Shown here piece by piece: positions 9,138 to 18,963 of a DNA stretch of 64,000 nucleotides. The position numbers and the translations under genes were made by a program. The stretch lies in NCBI GenBank assembly GCA_937930175.1, contig CALGLP010000022.1, positions 161,360-225,359 of the forward strand. The letters run 5' to 3'. The notes under the pieces are model-generated. The model was not told the origin of the DNA and did not search any database. It worked only from the letters and a program-made list of their open reading frames with translations. The stretch is from an uncultured bacterium. Lineage in GTDB: Bacteria > Omnitrophota > Gorgyraeia > Zapsychrales > Aceulaceae. How positions within the stretch are numbered: position 1 is the stretch's first letter; each line of letters begins with the position of its first letter.

Positions 9138-10781
9138 ATGATGAGCATGTTTTGTTATCAGTGCCAGGAAACAGCAAGAAATACAGGATGTTTGGTTAAG
9201 GGTGTTTGTGGCAAAGACGAGCGTGTATCCAATTTAATGGATCTGCTCATTTATGTTTTACAGGGTATCTCCGTCTCTGCTCAGGAACTTACGCAGCCAC
9301 TCGACCGTCGATACGGCTTTTTTGTTATTAAGTCTCTTTTTGCAACGATTACCAACGCAAATTTTGATGAAGAGCGCATCGTTGCTCTTATTAAAGAAGG
9401 CTTAGGGCTGCGCGAAGAGCTCAAAAAGAAATCAGCGTGTGGTTGTTGCGGCGGCAGCTGTGTTGACGCGCTCGCCTGGTCGGGAAACAGCAAGGAAGAC
9501 ATGCTTAAGAAAGCTGCAACGGTAAGCCCATTATCGTATAGTCAAAATGAAGATATCCGTTCCCTTAAGTCTTTGCTGCTTTATGGCATCAAGGGCGCAG
9601 CAGCTTATGCAGAACATGCTGCCGTTTTAGGTGCTTATGATGATGAAATCTTTACCTTTATGTTTAAGGCGTTAAGCGCGTTGACAAAGAATTTATCAGC
9701 AGATGATCTTACGGCTTTGGTTCTAGAAGCTGGAGCTGTATCGGTGAAGGCGATGGCCCTTTTAGATGGATCTAATACAAGCGCCTATGGCCATCCTGAA
9801 ATCACAAAGGTTAATATAGGCGTTCGCAAGAATCCAGGCATCTTGATTTCTGGCCATGATCTCAAAGACATGGAGGAGCTTTTAAAGCAAACAGAAGGTA
9901 CGGGTGTTGATGTTTATACTCATAGTGAAATGCTTCCATCCAATTATTATCCCGCTTTTAAAAAATACGCTCATCTTGTGGGAAATTATGGTGGTTCCTG
10001 GTGGCATCAAAATAAGGATTTCGAAACCTTTAACGGTCCCATTTTGATGACGACTAATTGTATTATTCCTGTTCAAGATTCTTACAAGGATAGAATTTTT
10101 ACAACTGGAATGGCGGGTTATCCAGGTGTTGTGCATATTGCTGATCGACTGCCTAGCGGTAAAAAAGATTTTTCAAAAATTATTGCTTTGGCCAAGACAT
10201 GTCCGCCACCGCAGGAAATCGAGATGGGAGAAATTGTTGGTGGGTTTGCCCATCACCAGGTTCTCGCGCTTGCGGATCAAGTGGTTGAGGCTGTTAAGAG
10301 TGGAAAGATTAAGCGCTTTGTCGTTATGGCTGGCTGTGATGGACGACAGGCATCGCGCAGGTATTTTACGGATGTTGCCAACGCGCTGCCACAAGATACC
10401 ATTATTTTAACAGCTGGATGCGCGAAGTATCGTTACAACAAACTTGCCTTAGGCGATATCGGTGGTATTCCGCGTGTTTTAGATGCAGGGCAGTGCAATG
10501 ATTCTTATTCTTTGGCTGTGATTGCGTTAAAATTAAAAGAAGTTTTTGGGGTCAAAGACGTTAACGATCTGCCGATCTCTTTTGATATTGCCTGGTATGA
10601 GCAAAAAGCGGTGTGTGTTCTGTTGGCCCTTTTGCATCTTGGTTTTAAAGGGATCCGCTTAGGCCCAACCCTGCCAGGATTTTTAACACCGGGTGTTATT
10701 AAAGTTTTGGTTGAGAATTTTAACATTAAACTTGGAAGCAATGTCCAGGCTGATGTTGAGGCCATGATGGCAGGGCAGTAG
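9138..10781 (+). CDS. hcp: Hybrid-cluster protein (hydroxylamine reductase)
   Basis: N-terminal [16 protein letters not shown] cubane motif. Length about 545 aa and conserved core. RBS GGAGGGGG. Confidence 0.9.
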   Translation: MMSMFCYQCQETARNTGCLVKGVCGKDERVSNLMDLLIYVLQGISVSAQELTQPLDRRYGFFVIKSLFATITNANFDEERIVALIKEGLGLREELKKKSACGCCGGSCVDALAWSGNSKEDMLKKAATVSPLSYSQNEDIRSLKSLLLYGIKGAAAYAEHAAVLGAYDDEIFTFMFKALSALTKNLSADDLTALVLEAGAVSVKAMALLDGSNTSAYGHPEITKVNIGVRKNPGILISGHDLKDMEELLKQTEGTGVDVYTHSEMLPSNYYPAFKKYAHLVGNYGGSWWHQNKDFETFNGPILMTTNCIIPVQDSYKDRIFTTGMAGYPGVVHIADRLPSGKKDFSKIIALAKTCPPPQEIEMGEIVGGFAHHQVLALADQVVEAVKSGKIKRFVVMAGCDGRQASRRYFTDVANALPQDTIILTAGCAKYRYNKLALGDIGGIPRVLDAGQCNDSYSLAVIALKLKEVFGVKDVNDLPISFDIAWYEQKAVCVLLALLHLGFKGIRLGPTLPGFLTPGVIKVLVENFNIKLGSNVQADVEAMMAGQ

Positions 10782-10803
10782 ATCCAAGAAGGAGGTAGGT
10801 GAT

Positions 10804-11844
10804 ATGCAAAAAATCGCTTTTTTTGATACTAAGCCATATGATCAAAAATCGTTTGATGCAGTTAACCAAAGCCACGGTTTTCATATCACCTACTTTCCTT
10901 TGCATCTTAATGAGGGCACCGCGACTTTAGCTAAAGGGTTTGACGTGGTTTGCGCTTTTGTTAACGATACGATGAGTAAGGCGGTTATTAGAACACTTAA
11001 AGAGGGCGGTGTTCAGCTGATTGCCTTGCGATGCGCAGGATATAATAATGTGGATTTAAAAGAGGCTTATGGGAATCTTCATGTTGTGCGGGTTCCGGCG
11101 TATTCTCCCTATGCGGTTGCGGAACATGCGGTTGCTTTGATGATGGGTCTCAATCGCAAAACCCATCGTGCTTATGATCGTGTACGCGATGGCAATTTTT
11201 CCATTAATGGTCTCTTGGGTTTTGACATGCATGGCAAATGGGCAGGGGTCATTGGTGTTGGCAAGATCGGGAAATGTTTAGTTTCCATTCTTAAAGGTTT
11301 TGGCATGGATGTCATCGTTTATGATCAATTTGTCGATGAAGCCTTTGCCAAAGAGAGTGGCGTTCGCTATGTGAGCCTGGAGTCTTTATATGCACAATCA
11401 GATATTATTTCTCTTCATTGTCCTTTGACGCGAGAAACACAGCATATGATTAACGATCAAAGCATTGCTACCATGAAGCCTGGGGTGATGATAATTAATA
11501 CGGGTCGCGGCAAGTTAATCGACACGAAAGCTTTGATCAACGGTCTTAAGACTGGTCAGATTGGCTCTGCGGGATTAGACGTTTATGAAGAAGAAAGCGA
11601 ATACTTTTTTGAAGATTTCTCGTCTTCGGTCATTGGCGACGATGTCCTTGCGCGCTTATTAACCTTTCCTAATGTTTTAATTACATCTCATCAGGGTTTT
11701 TTTACGAAAGAGGCTTTAGGCAATATTGCTGCGACAACACTTGAGAATATTGTTGAGTTCTTCAAGGGTGGGTATTTGAAAAATGAAGTTTGTTATCGCT
11801 GTGAAAAAGAATGCCGCAAGCAAAAAAAACAGCGATGTTTTTAA
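10804..11844 (+). CDS. ldhA: D-lactate dehydrogenase (D-isomer-specific 2-hydroxyacid dehydrogenase)
   Basis: NAD-binding GVIGVGKIGK motif. Catalytic region MIINTGRG..LDVYEEE and HQGFFT. Carries an unusual 14-aa Cys/Lys-rich C-terminal tail. Confidence 0.85.
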   Translation: MQKIAFFDTKPYDQKSFDAVNQSHGFHITYFPLHLNEGTATLAKGFDVVCAFVNDTMSKAVIRTLKEGGVQLIALRCAGYNNVDLKEAYGNLHVVRVPAYSPYAVAEHAVALMMGLNRKTHRAYDRVRDGNFSINGLLGFDMHGKWAGVIGVGKIGKCLVSILKGFGMDVIVYDQFVDEAFAKESGVRYVSLESLYAQSDIISLHCPLTRETQHMINDQSIATMKPGVMIINTGRGKLIDTKALINGLKTGQIGSAGLDVYEEESEYFFEDFSSSVIGDDVLARLLTFPNVLITSHQGFFTKEALGNIAATTLENIVEFFKGGYLKNEVCYRCEKECRKQKKQRCF

Positions 11845-11931
11845 TTGTAGCGTGAAGCACGCTTGCGGTCTTGACAAAAGGCCAAGGTCTGTTAGGATGA
11901 AAGAAATTAATATTAAGGGAGGTGAGTGACC

Positions 11932-12021
11932 ATGGTCGTTAAGAAGAAAAAAGCAGTAAAAAAAGCACCAGCAAAAAGAAAAGCTAAGGCAAAGAAATCA
12001 AGATCTTGCTGCTGCTGTTAA
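11932..12021 (+). CDS. Small 29-aa Lys-rich peptide ending in CCCC (not in ORF track)
   Basis: RBS AAGGGAGG 7 nt before the ATG. Translation MVVKKKKAVKKAPAKRKAKAKKSRSCCCC. Followed by a strong intrinsic terminator. Confidence 0.35.
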   Translation: MVVKKKKAVKKAPAKRKAKAKKSRSCCCC

Positions 12022-12058
12022 TAGGGCGTAGTATGTTTTGGAAGTAATTGTAAACTTT

Positions 12059-12096
12059 AAGGCAGGATTTCTTAAAAGAAATCCTGCCTTTCTTGT
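12059..12096 (+). terminator. Rho-independent terminator
   Basis: GGCAGGATTTCTT/AAGAAATCCTGCC stem followed by TTTCTTG. Confidence 0.75.
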
Positions 12097-12165
12097 AGAC
12101 ATTTGTTTAAATATGTTTTGAAATCATCGATATGGCTGATAACATCGTTTTTTTGTGAGGGTGCG

Positions 12166-12687
12166 ATGATCTTATGGCAATTGTTTCTCGTTTTTTTTCG
12201 GATTGGGCTTTTTGCTTTTGGCGGTGCGTATTCTTTTCTGCCGCTTATTCAAAAAGATGTTGTTGAGCGTTATGCCTGGCTTACCAAGGAAGAATTCTTA
12301 GAAATTTTAGGTATTGTTAAGATATTTCCTGGCGCGATTTCGGTCAAGTTTGCAACGTATGTTGGGCAGAAAATGGCTGGAACTTGGGGGGCGATTGTTG
12401 CCAACCTTGCGAATCTTTTAGCTCCGGTTGTTCTGATTCTAATTGCGACCTATTTTTATAATACTTACAAAGAAGTGCCTCAGCTGAAGAATGCCTTTGC
12501 GATGATTCAGCTAGCTGTTTTCGCCATGATTGTTGCTGTTGCGTTTCAAACAGTTAAAATGACAGATTTGATTGTGTTGAAGAATTTTTTTGTGGTTGTG
12601 GTGGCATTTGTTTTGTTTTTTGTTTTTCATGTTCATCCTGCTTTTATTCTGCTTGGGGCAGGGCTAATCGGGGCATTGCTTGGATGA
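12166..12687 (+). CDS. chrA: Chromate transporter ChrA family (short single-domain form)
   Basis: FGGAYSFLPLIQ and FPGAISVKFATYVG match the CHR domain. Only one half-size unit is present. Confidence 0.65.
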   Translation: MILWQLFLVFFRIGLFAFGGAYSFLPLIQKDVVERYAWLTKEEFLEILGIVKIFPGAISVKFATYVGQKMAGTWGAIVANLANLLAPVVLILIATYFYNTYKEVPQLKNAFAMIQLAVFAMIVAVAFQTVKMTDLIVLKNFFVVVVAFVLFFVFHVHPAFILLGAGLIGALLG

Positions 12688-12769
12688 GAGCAGGGAGATA
12701 AAGGTTTTTCGCGGAACAAGAAAATCGTGCTATGATATAGTAAATTATTTAAACCACAAGGAGGATAAA

Positions 12770-13162
12770 ATGAGCTGTGAACGTTTTGAAATGTATCAGT
12801 GTTCTCAAGATCCAAAATGTCAGTGTTTGGCCCAGATGGTTCGTGGTTGTGGGGAAGAATGCGTAATGACTTGCTGTGGGGCTCCGATGACAAAGGTGCA
12901 ATTTAAAACGGCTGATCAGGGAAAAGAAAAACATGTTCCGGTTATTGAAAAGATCGCTGGGGGTGTCAAGGTTAAGATTGGTTCTGTTCCTCACCCTATG
13001 GAGCCAGATCACTATATTGAATTTATTGAACTTCGTACAGAAAATGAAGTTTATCGTAAGTATTTAAGCCCAGGCATGGCGCCTGAAGCGGTTTTTCAGA
13101 TTAACGCTGGCAACGTCAAGGCTGTTGAGTTTTGTAATAAGCATGGCCTTTGGATTTCTTAA
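12770..13162 (+). CDS. dfx: Desulfoferrodoxin (superoxide reductase, 2Fe-SOR)
   Basis: N-terminal Cys-rich desulforedoxin-like domain. C-terminal neelaredoxin domain with the EKHVPVIE motif. RBS AGGAGG. Confidence 0.85.
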   Translation: MSCERFEMYQCSQDPKCQCLAQMVRGCGEECVMTCCGAPMTKVQFKTADQGKEKHVPVIEKIAGGVKVKIGSVPHPMEPDHYIEFIELRTENEVYRKYLSPGMAPEAVFQINAGNVKAVEFCNKHGLWIS

Positions 13163-13195
13163 CCGGTGTCATAAAATTCTTAGAGGAGGTGCCCT

Positions 13196-13609
13196 ATGAA
13201 TACTTGGATAAAAAGAATTTCTGTCACACATGCTGGGTTAGGAGTTATGCTCTTGCGGCTTTTTCTTGGGTGGGTTTTTCTTAGTTCTGGCTGTGGAAAG
13301 CTTTTTGGCTGGTTTGACGGTTCTGGTATTCAAGGATTTTCTGGATTTTTAGAGAAAATTGGCATTGGCTTTCCTGTTTTTAATGCTTATTTAGTTGGCT
13401 GGGTTGAGCTTATTTGCGGTGTCTTGCTTTTGCTTGGTCTTTGGACGCGCCTTGCCGCGATCTTTATTATCATTGTCATGGTGGTTGCGGTTCTGAAGGT
13501 GCATCCTAACAATTTTAATTATCCTATAACTGTTCTTTTGAGTGCCCTTGCCCTGATTGAGGTTGGAAGCGGAGCCTTTTCGATCGATAGGCTTTTAGCC
13601 AGAAAATAA
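13196..13609 (+). CDS. DoxX family membrane protein
   Basis: RLFLGWVFLSSG..L and GWVELICGVLLLLGLWTRLAA are typical DoxX motifs. Four TM helices. Confidence 0.75.
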   Translation: MNTWIKRISVTHAGLGVMLLRLFLGWVFLSSGCGKLFGWFDGSGIQGFSGFLEKIGIGFPVFNAYLVGWVELICGVLLLLGLWTRLAAIFIIIVMVVAVLKVHPNNFNYPITVLLSALALIEVGSGAFSIDRLLARK

Positions 13610-13630
13610 TAAAACAGCTCAAGGCTTTCC

Positions 13631-14905
13631 GTGCAATCTTTAGTAAAAAATAGAATTTTCATTCTTGGCGGAGGATTTGGCGGCCTTTATACAGCTATGA
13701 GTCTTGAAAAGGCCTTACGCCAAGATCCTTCCATTGACATAACCCTTATTAGCCAAGACAATTTCTTTCTTTTTACGCCGATGTTGCATGAAGTTGTTTC
13801 GAGTAGTCAAGGTGGTATTGCTATTGCCAATCCTATTCGCAAGCTTTTAAGGCATGCCACTTTTATCCAATCCCGCGTCGATAAGGTTGACCTTCAGAAG
13901 AAAATTATTGTAACAACGAATTTCCAGGGAAGTAAAAAAGAGTATAGTTATGATCATGTTGTTTTTGCTTTAGGGCTTGCGCCGAACTTTTTTAATATTC
14001 CTGGATTATCCCAGAAAGCTTTAACAATGAAGTCTTTGCAGGACGGGATTCGTCTTCGTAATCGTCTTATTGCGTGTCTTGAAAAAGCCAACGGCGAGCC
14101 AGATCCCGAAGCTAAGAAAAGGCTTTTGACGTTTTTAGTCGCTGGCGGAGGATTTACAGGCGTTGAGATTTTGGGTGCCATGGATGATTTCTTAAGAGAA
14201 GCAATAAGGTACTATCCTTATGTTTCCAGCGAGGACTTAAGGATGATTTTAGTTCATCTTGGCGACGCTCTTGTGCCGGAGATGCCAAAGAATCTTGGGG
14301 CTTACGTGCAGGAGAAGTTTGAGCAACGTCATGTTAAAGTAAAGCTTAAATGTGGCGTTGTTGCTGTTGAAGGTGATAAAATTATGTTGAGCTCTGGGGA
14401 ACCAATTGTGGCAGAAACGCTTGTCTGGACAGCTGGGAACACAACGCAGCGAGTCGTTGAAACGCTTGCGCTTGAAAGAAAGCAGGGGCGTATCGTGGTC
14501 AATGAATATTTGGAGGTTCCTCAGTATTCTGGCGCTTGGGCTTTAGGAGATTGCGCGTATATTCTTGATCCTAAGGGACAAGGGGCTTATCCGCCAACTG
14601 CGCAGCATGCGATTCGTGAGGCAAAAGCCTTGGCTAAGAACATTGTTTTTGTGATCAAGGGGAAGTCTAAAATAGCTTTTTCGTTCAATGCCCTAGGGTC
14701 GCTTGCTAATTTTGGGCATCAGACTGGAGTTGCCGTGATCTTTGGTTTTAAGATGAAAGGGTTTCTTGCATGGTTGTTGTGGCGCGACGTGTATCTTTGG
14801 AAGCTTCCACGACTTGAAAAGAAAATACGTGTATGGTTGAATTGGATTATGTTATTATTTTTTAAAAGAGATACGATTCAATTTCTCAAGGAAGAGAATT
14901 CATGA
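13631..14905 (+). CDS. ndh: Type II NADH dehydrogenase (NDH-2) / FAD-dependent pyridine nucleotide-disulfide oxidoreductase
   Basis: Two dinucleotide-binding motifs (ILGGGFGGLY, VAGGGFTGVE). C-terminal membrane-anchoring helices. GTG start. Confidence 0.7.
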   Translation: MQSLVKNRIFILGGGFGGLYTAMSLEKALRQDPSIDITLISQDNFFLFTPMLHEVVSSSQGGIAIANPIRKLLRHATFIQSRVDKVDLQKKIIVTTNFQGSKKEYSYDHVVFALGLAPNFFNIPGLSQKALTMKSLQDGIRLRNRLIACLEKANGEPDPEAKKRLLTFLVAGGGFTGVEILGAMDDFLREAIRYYPYVSSEDLRMILVHLGDALVPEMPKNLGAYVQEKFEQRHVKVKLKCGVVAVEGDKIMLSSGEPIVAETLVWTAGNTTQRVVETLALERKQGRIVVNEYLEVPQYSGAWALGDCAYILDPKGQGAYPPTAQHAIREAKALAKNIVFVIKGKSKIAFSFNALGSLANFGHQTGVAVIFGFKMKGFLAWLLWRDVYLWKLPRLEKKIRVWLNWIMLLFFKRDTIQFLKEENS

Positions 14906-15798
14906 AGAAAATATGGATTTTTAGCATGGCGTTTCTTTTGATAGCCAATTGCCTTGCTTCTTCGTTTGACTGGAAAGCTGCTCATGATAAAGCTGACACC
15001 TTATCTCTTGCGCAGGCCATCAGCGAAAACGAGTCGGGTGAGCAATCTGCAGAAACTCTTTATACTTTGGGTCTTGTTTATCTTAATGAATACAAGCATC
15101 TTCACGCCAAAGATGTTTTTCTAAAGATCTTAGCTCTTGATCCTAATTTTTCTGAAGCCAAATGGGGCATAGCGGAATCCTTAAGACGAGAACATCGCTA
15201 CACGGAAAGCGTTCCAATGCTTGAGGCAATTATGAAGGCAAACCCTGATTTTTCTCCGGCCTATATCACGCTTGCGTATATTAAATATGTTCAAGGAAAG
15301 TTTAATGAAAGTGTTGTTTTGGCAGGCAAGGTTATCAATCATTCACAGAAGAATGTCGATAGGGCCAATTTTTTGCGTGCCCATGGGCTTTACGCCGGGG
15401 CGAAGGGCATGATCGCCCATTATGGAGGCCCATTATCGAAAGCGATTAATGGTTCAAGCGTTCTAAAGCATCTTAATATCATTCAGAAATTAGCTCCAAA
15501 TTCGGCGGTGGTTAATTTCGGCTTGGGGAGTTATTACATGCTAACTCCTGCTGCTTTTGGTCGGAATTTAGATAAGGCGAAAGAATATTTGGAGAAAACA
15601 ATTGCCGAGGACCCGCTTTTTCCGGATCCTTATGTACGCCTGGCGCAGATTTATAAGAAAACAGGTGATGAACAGAAGTATGAAGAAAATATGGTAAAGG
15701 CTTTAGCTCTTGATCCACAAAATGAGCTTGCTTTGGATATCAAGACCGGAGCCTGTAAATTTATTTGCTTAAGCCCAAAGGAAAAAGGTGATGAATAG
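14902..15798 (+). CDS. Secreted TPR-repeat protein
   Basis: Signal peptide and repeated 34-aa TPR-like units. Confidence 0.5.
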   Translation: MKKIWIFSMAFLLIANCLASSFDWKAAHDKADTLSLAQAISENESGEQSAETLYTLGLVYLNEYKHLHAKDVFLKILALDPNFSEAKWGIAESLRREHRYTESVPMLEAIMKANPDFSPAYITLAYIKYVQGKFNESVVLAGKVINHSQKNVDRANFLRAHGLYAGAKGMIAHYGGPLSKAINGSSVLKHLNIIQKLAPNSAVVNFGLGSYYMLTPAAFGRNLDKAKEYLEKTIAEDPLFPDPYVRLAQIYKKTGDEQKYEENMVKALALDPQNELALDIKTGACKFICLSPKEKGDE

Positions 15799-17245
15799 AG
15801 CAAGAAAGAAGATTGCAGTGGTTGGTGCTGGGGTTGGTGGACTTGCGACGGCGCTACGTTTGGCTCATCGGGGATGTGATGTTACCGTGTTTGAAAAACT
15901 TTCGCAGTGCGGCGGACGTAATCATATGCTTATTGACAAGAGTTTTAAATTTGATATGGGCCCATCTTTTGTTTTGATGCCAGATTTTTTTAAGGAGGTT
16001 TTTAGGGATTGCGGAAAACAAATTGAAGATTATTTGAATCTTAAGGTTTTGGATATCAATTATAAGATCTTTTATCCCGATCATCGCGTTTTGACTGTTT
16101 TTAAAGATTGCGATAAGACAAAAGAAGAAATTGAGAGCTTTGAAAAAGGAAGCGCGGCGGGTTTTGATAAGTTTATGAAGAAAACAGAAGGGTTTTTTAG
16201 TACCGTGGCGCCGCTTCTTTATCGCTGTTTCACGGTTAAGGATATTGCAAACCCTAAAAATTGGAGCTTACTTTTAACGTTGGAACCCTGGGCAACCTAT
16301 TGGGATCTTGCCAGAAGATTTTTTAAGACTGAAGAGCTTGCTTATGCTTTTACTTTTGAGGCGATGTTTATGGGTGTGTCGCCGTTTGAAGCCCCGGGAT
16401 TTTACAGTGTGATCACCTATGCGGACCATGTTCAGAAAATTGCTCATCCCATGGGGGGGATGTATGAAATTCCAAAAGCTTTGGAGCGTTTCGCACGAGA
16501 AAAGGGTGCCAGGTTTGTTTATGATGCGGAAGTCAAAGCGATTCAGTCCCAAGGCTCTCAGGTTGCGATCGTTGTTGACGCAGAAGAACAGCTATTTGAT
16601 AAGGTTGTTGTAAATGCGGATTATTGTTATGCGCAAAGTGATTTGCTCAAGCGTCCTCTTGCGGATTATCGTTATTCGTGTTCAGTCTTTTTGCTTTATT
16701 TAGGTTTAAAGGGAAAACTGAAGGGTTTGGATCATCACAATCTTTTCTTTGCCAATGATCTAAGAAAGAATTTGCGTGAAATCTTTGAGGAGAATCAAAC
16801 GCCCCAAGACCCTTCTTTTTATGTGCATGTTCCGACGGTGACTGATCCTTCCCTTGCGCCTGAGGGTAAAGATATTGCCTACATCCTTATTCCTGTTTCT
16901 AATCTGAAGGGTCTGCAGGAGCCGTTTAGCTGTGTTGAAGAGTCTTTAAAGAAGAATGTCTTTGAGCGAATGAACGCGGTTACAGGGCAAAGAATTGAGG
17001 ATATGATCGAGGTTGCACATGCCTTTTACCCTGAGGATTTCATCACCCGATACAATCTAAAATATGCCGCGACCTTTGGGCTCGCGCATAATTTGATGCA
17101 AAGCGCATTCTTTAGGCCAGGCAATCAAGATGCAAAAGATAAAAATATTTTTTATGTGGGGGCTAGTACTCAGCCGGGCGGGGGATTGCCTGTTGTGATC
17201 GCGGGGTCCAAGATCGTTGCGGACATGATCACCTCTGAAAGATAA
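15788..17245 (+). CDS. Phytoene/diapophytoene desaturase family oxidoreductase (CrtI/CrtN/CrtD-like)
   Basis: N-terminal FAD motif VVGAGVGGLA. C-terminal YVGASTQPGGGLPVV signature of the CrtI family. Confidence 0.7.
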   Translation: MMNRARKKIAVVGAGVGGLATALRLAHRGCDVTVFEKLSQCGGRNHMLIDKSFKFDMGPSFVLMPDFFKEVFRDCGKQIEDYLNLKVLDINYKIFYPDHRVLTVFKDCDKTKEEIESFEKGSAAGFDKFMKKTEGFFSTVAPLLYRCFTVKDIANPKNWSLLLTLEPWATYWDLARRFFKTEELAYAFTFEAMFMGVSPFEAPGFYSVITYADHVQKIAHPMGGMYEIPKALERFAREKGARFVYDAEVKAIQSQGSQVAIVVDAEEQLFDKVVVNADYCYAQSDLLKRPLADYRYSCSVFLLYLGLKGKLKGLDHHNLFFANDLRKNLREIFEENQTPQDPSFYVHVPTVTDPSLAPEGKDIAYILIPVSNLKGLQEPFSCVEESLKKNVFERMNAVTGQRIEDMIEVAHAFYPEDFITRYNLKYAATFGLAHNLMQSAFFRPGNQDAKDKNIFYVGASTQPGGGLPVVIAGSKIVADMITSER

Positions 17246-18104
17246 AAGATTTTCTCGTAAATCGGTATAAAAGATAAAACAGCGCTGGTATTCTTTCGAT
17301 CATTGGCACAAAGGCACGTTGACGGTATACATCGAAATTGTTTTCTTCTATTTTTTTTAGGATTTTCGCATAAAATTCTAGGATAAGAAATGTTACTAAT
17401 TGACAGCGGGGGTTTTTGATCAGCTTGATGCCTTGGCTGGCTTTCAAGAAGTAATCACGCGCTCTTTTGATCTGAAAGCGCATAAAATCTTTGAAATTCT
17501 TATCAACGTTTTTATTTGCAATATCGTTTTCGTCAATTTGGCATTGGCTCATTTCATCTTGCGGCAGATAAATGCGTCCTCGTGCAAAATCTTCCTGAAT
17601 GTCTCTTAAGATGTTTGTTAATTGAAGCGCAAGGCCTAAATCAACAGCGCACTGTTCTGCCTGAGCATCGTTGCTCTCAAAGATTTTTAGCATCATGAGT
17701 CCAATGACGCCAGCCACACGGTAGGAATATTGATAAAGCTCTTCAAACGTTTCATAGCGATCTTTCGTTAAATCCATGGACATCCCCTTGAGGAGTTCGT
17801 CAAAGTATGCTTTCGGTATTTGGTATTTTGTGACAGTTTCCCGGAAGGCGAGCAGGAGTGGTTTTTCGATGGGGTGAGGGCCAAAGGCTTGGTTAATTTG
17901 TTCTTGAATGTTTTCAAGTTCTTGTTGTTTTTGATCAAGGTTTAAATGCATGCTGTCGACTGATTCGTCGCTCAAGCGACAGAGCGCGTAGATCGCGTAA
18001 GCCGCCAAGCGTTTTTCGCGAGGCAGGAAAAGAGATGTTATATAAAAGGTATGCGCGTTGCGTTTTGTGATGGCTTGCGCTTTTTTAAAGCCTTGGTTTA
18101 TCAT
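17229..18104 (-). CDS. Squalene/phytoene synthase family (CrtB/CrtM/HpnD-like)
   Basis: Isoprenoid synthase regions YAxCRxxDDxVD-like (YALCRLSDESVD) and YxxxVAGVIG are present. Confidence 0.75.
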   Translation of the reverse strand: MINQGFKKAQAITKRNAHTFYITSLFLPREKRLAAYAIYALCRLSDESVDSMHLNLDQKQQELENIQEQINQAFGPHPIEKPLLLAFRETVTKYQIPKAYFDELLKGMSMDLTKDRYETFEELYQYSYRVAGVIGLMMLKIFESNDAQAEQCAVDLGLALQLTNILRDIQEDFARGRIYLPQDEMSQCQIDENDIANKNVDKNFKDFMRFQIKRARDYFLKASQGIKLIKNPRCQLVTFLILEFYAKILKKIEENNFDVYRQRAFVPMIERIPALFYLLYRFTRKSFIFQR

Positions 18105-18150
18105 GGCTTCATTGTATCAAAAATGCGCTTAATCCCAAGTAAAAATTGCC

Positions 18151-18876
18151 TTGAAGCGATCTGTGATTACGGATAGAATAAAAATAACAACTATGGTTAA
18201 GGGAACGTATCTTTTTATCAATTTTGCGATTATTTTTGTTCCGCTTCTTCTTTCTTTTGAGAAAAGAGTTTTCTTTTTTCATAAGTGGTTGAGGGTTTTC
18301 TTTGCCATTGCGATCGTTGGAAGTGTTTATGTTTTTTGGGACGTCTTGGCAACGAACTTGGGGCATTGGTGGTTTAACCCGCGATATGTTTTAGGCTTTA
18401 AGATAGGAATCCTTCCCTTTGAAGAAATCCTCTTTTTTGTTACCGCGCCTTTTAGTTGTTTGTTTATTTATGAAGTGATCAGCTTTTTTCATCAGGACAA
18501 ACCATTTGTTTTTAACCGGCGTATCATGAATCTTTTGATCGTGGCGGTTTTGAGCGCTGGATTTTTGTGTCTTGGGCGGGATTATACAGCGTTGAGCTTT
18601 TGGATGCTGGGACTTTTTCTTTTTATTGGCATGACGTATTTTCGTGCGATGATTGAGATGCAAAATGTTTGGATTTATTTAGGTATTTGTTACCTTCCTT
18701 TTTCTATTTTTAATGGTATTTTGACGAGTCTTCCGATCGTGTCTTATCATCCACGCGCGATTTTGGGCTTGCGCGTTGGCACGATCCCTGTAGAAGATTT
18801 TTTTTATAACCTTGCGTACTTGGGATTTATATTGATTGTTTACAAGGCTATTTACTTTCGAGGGAAGGGTCGATAA
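18151..18876 (+). CDS. Lycopene cyclase domain protein (fused CrtYcd-type)
   Basis: Two repeats each carrying the PxEE/D motif (LPFEEILFF, IPVEDFFY) within multi-TM halves. Confidence 0.6.
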   Translation: MKRSVITDRIKITTMVKGTYLFINFAIIFVPLLLSFEKRVFFFHKWLRVFFAIAIVGSVYVFWDVLATNLGHWWFNPRYVLGFKIGILPFEEILFFVTAPFSCLFIYEVISFFHQDKPFVFNRRIMNLLIVAVLSAGFLCLGRDYTALSFWMLGLFLFIGMTYFRAMIEMQNVWIYLGICYLPFSIFNGILTSLPIVSYHPRAILGLRVGTIPVEDFFYNLAYLGFILIVYKAIYFRGKGR

Positions 18877-18963
18877 GAAAGTATTTTTTTGTGTTGTTTA
18901 TGCTTTCTGAGCACGTTAATATATTTTTATTATTATTTTTAAAGTTTAAAAAAGGAGTTTATC

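Noticed and set aside
12103-12165. Upstream extension of chrA from the ORF-track start
   Set aside because: The extension lacks CHR-domain similarity. ATG 12166 begins the conserved hydrophobic core.
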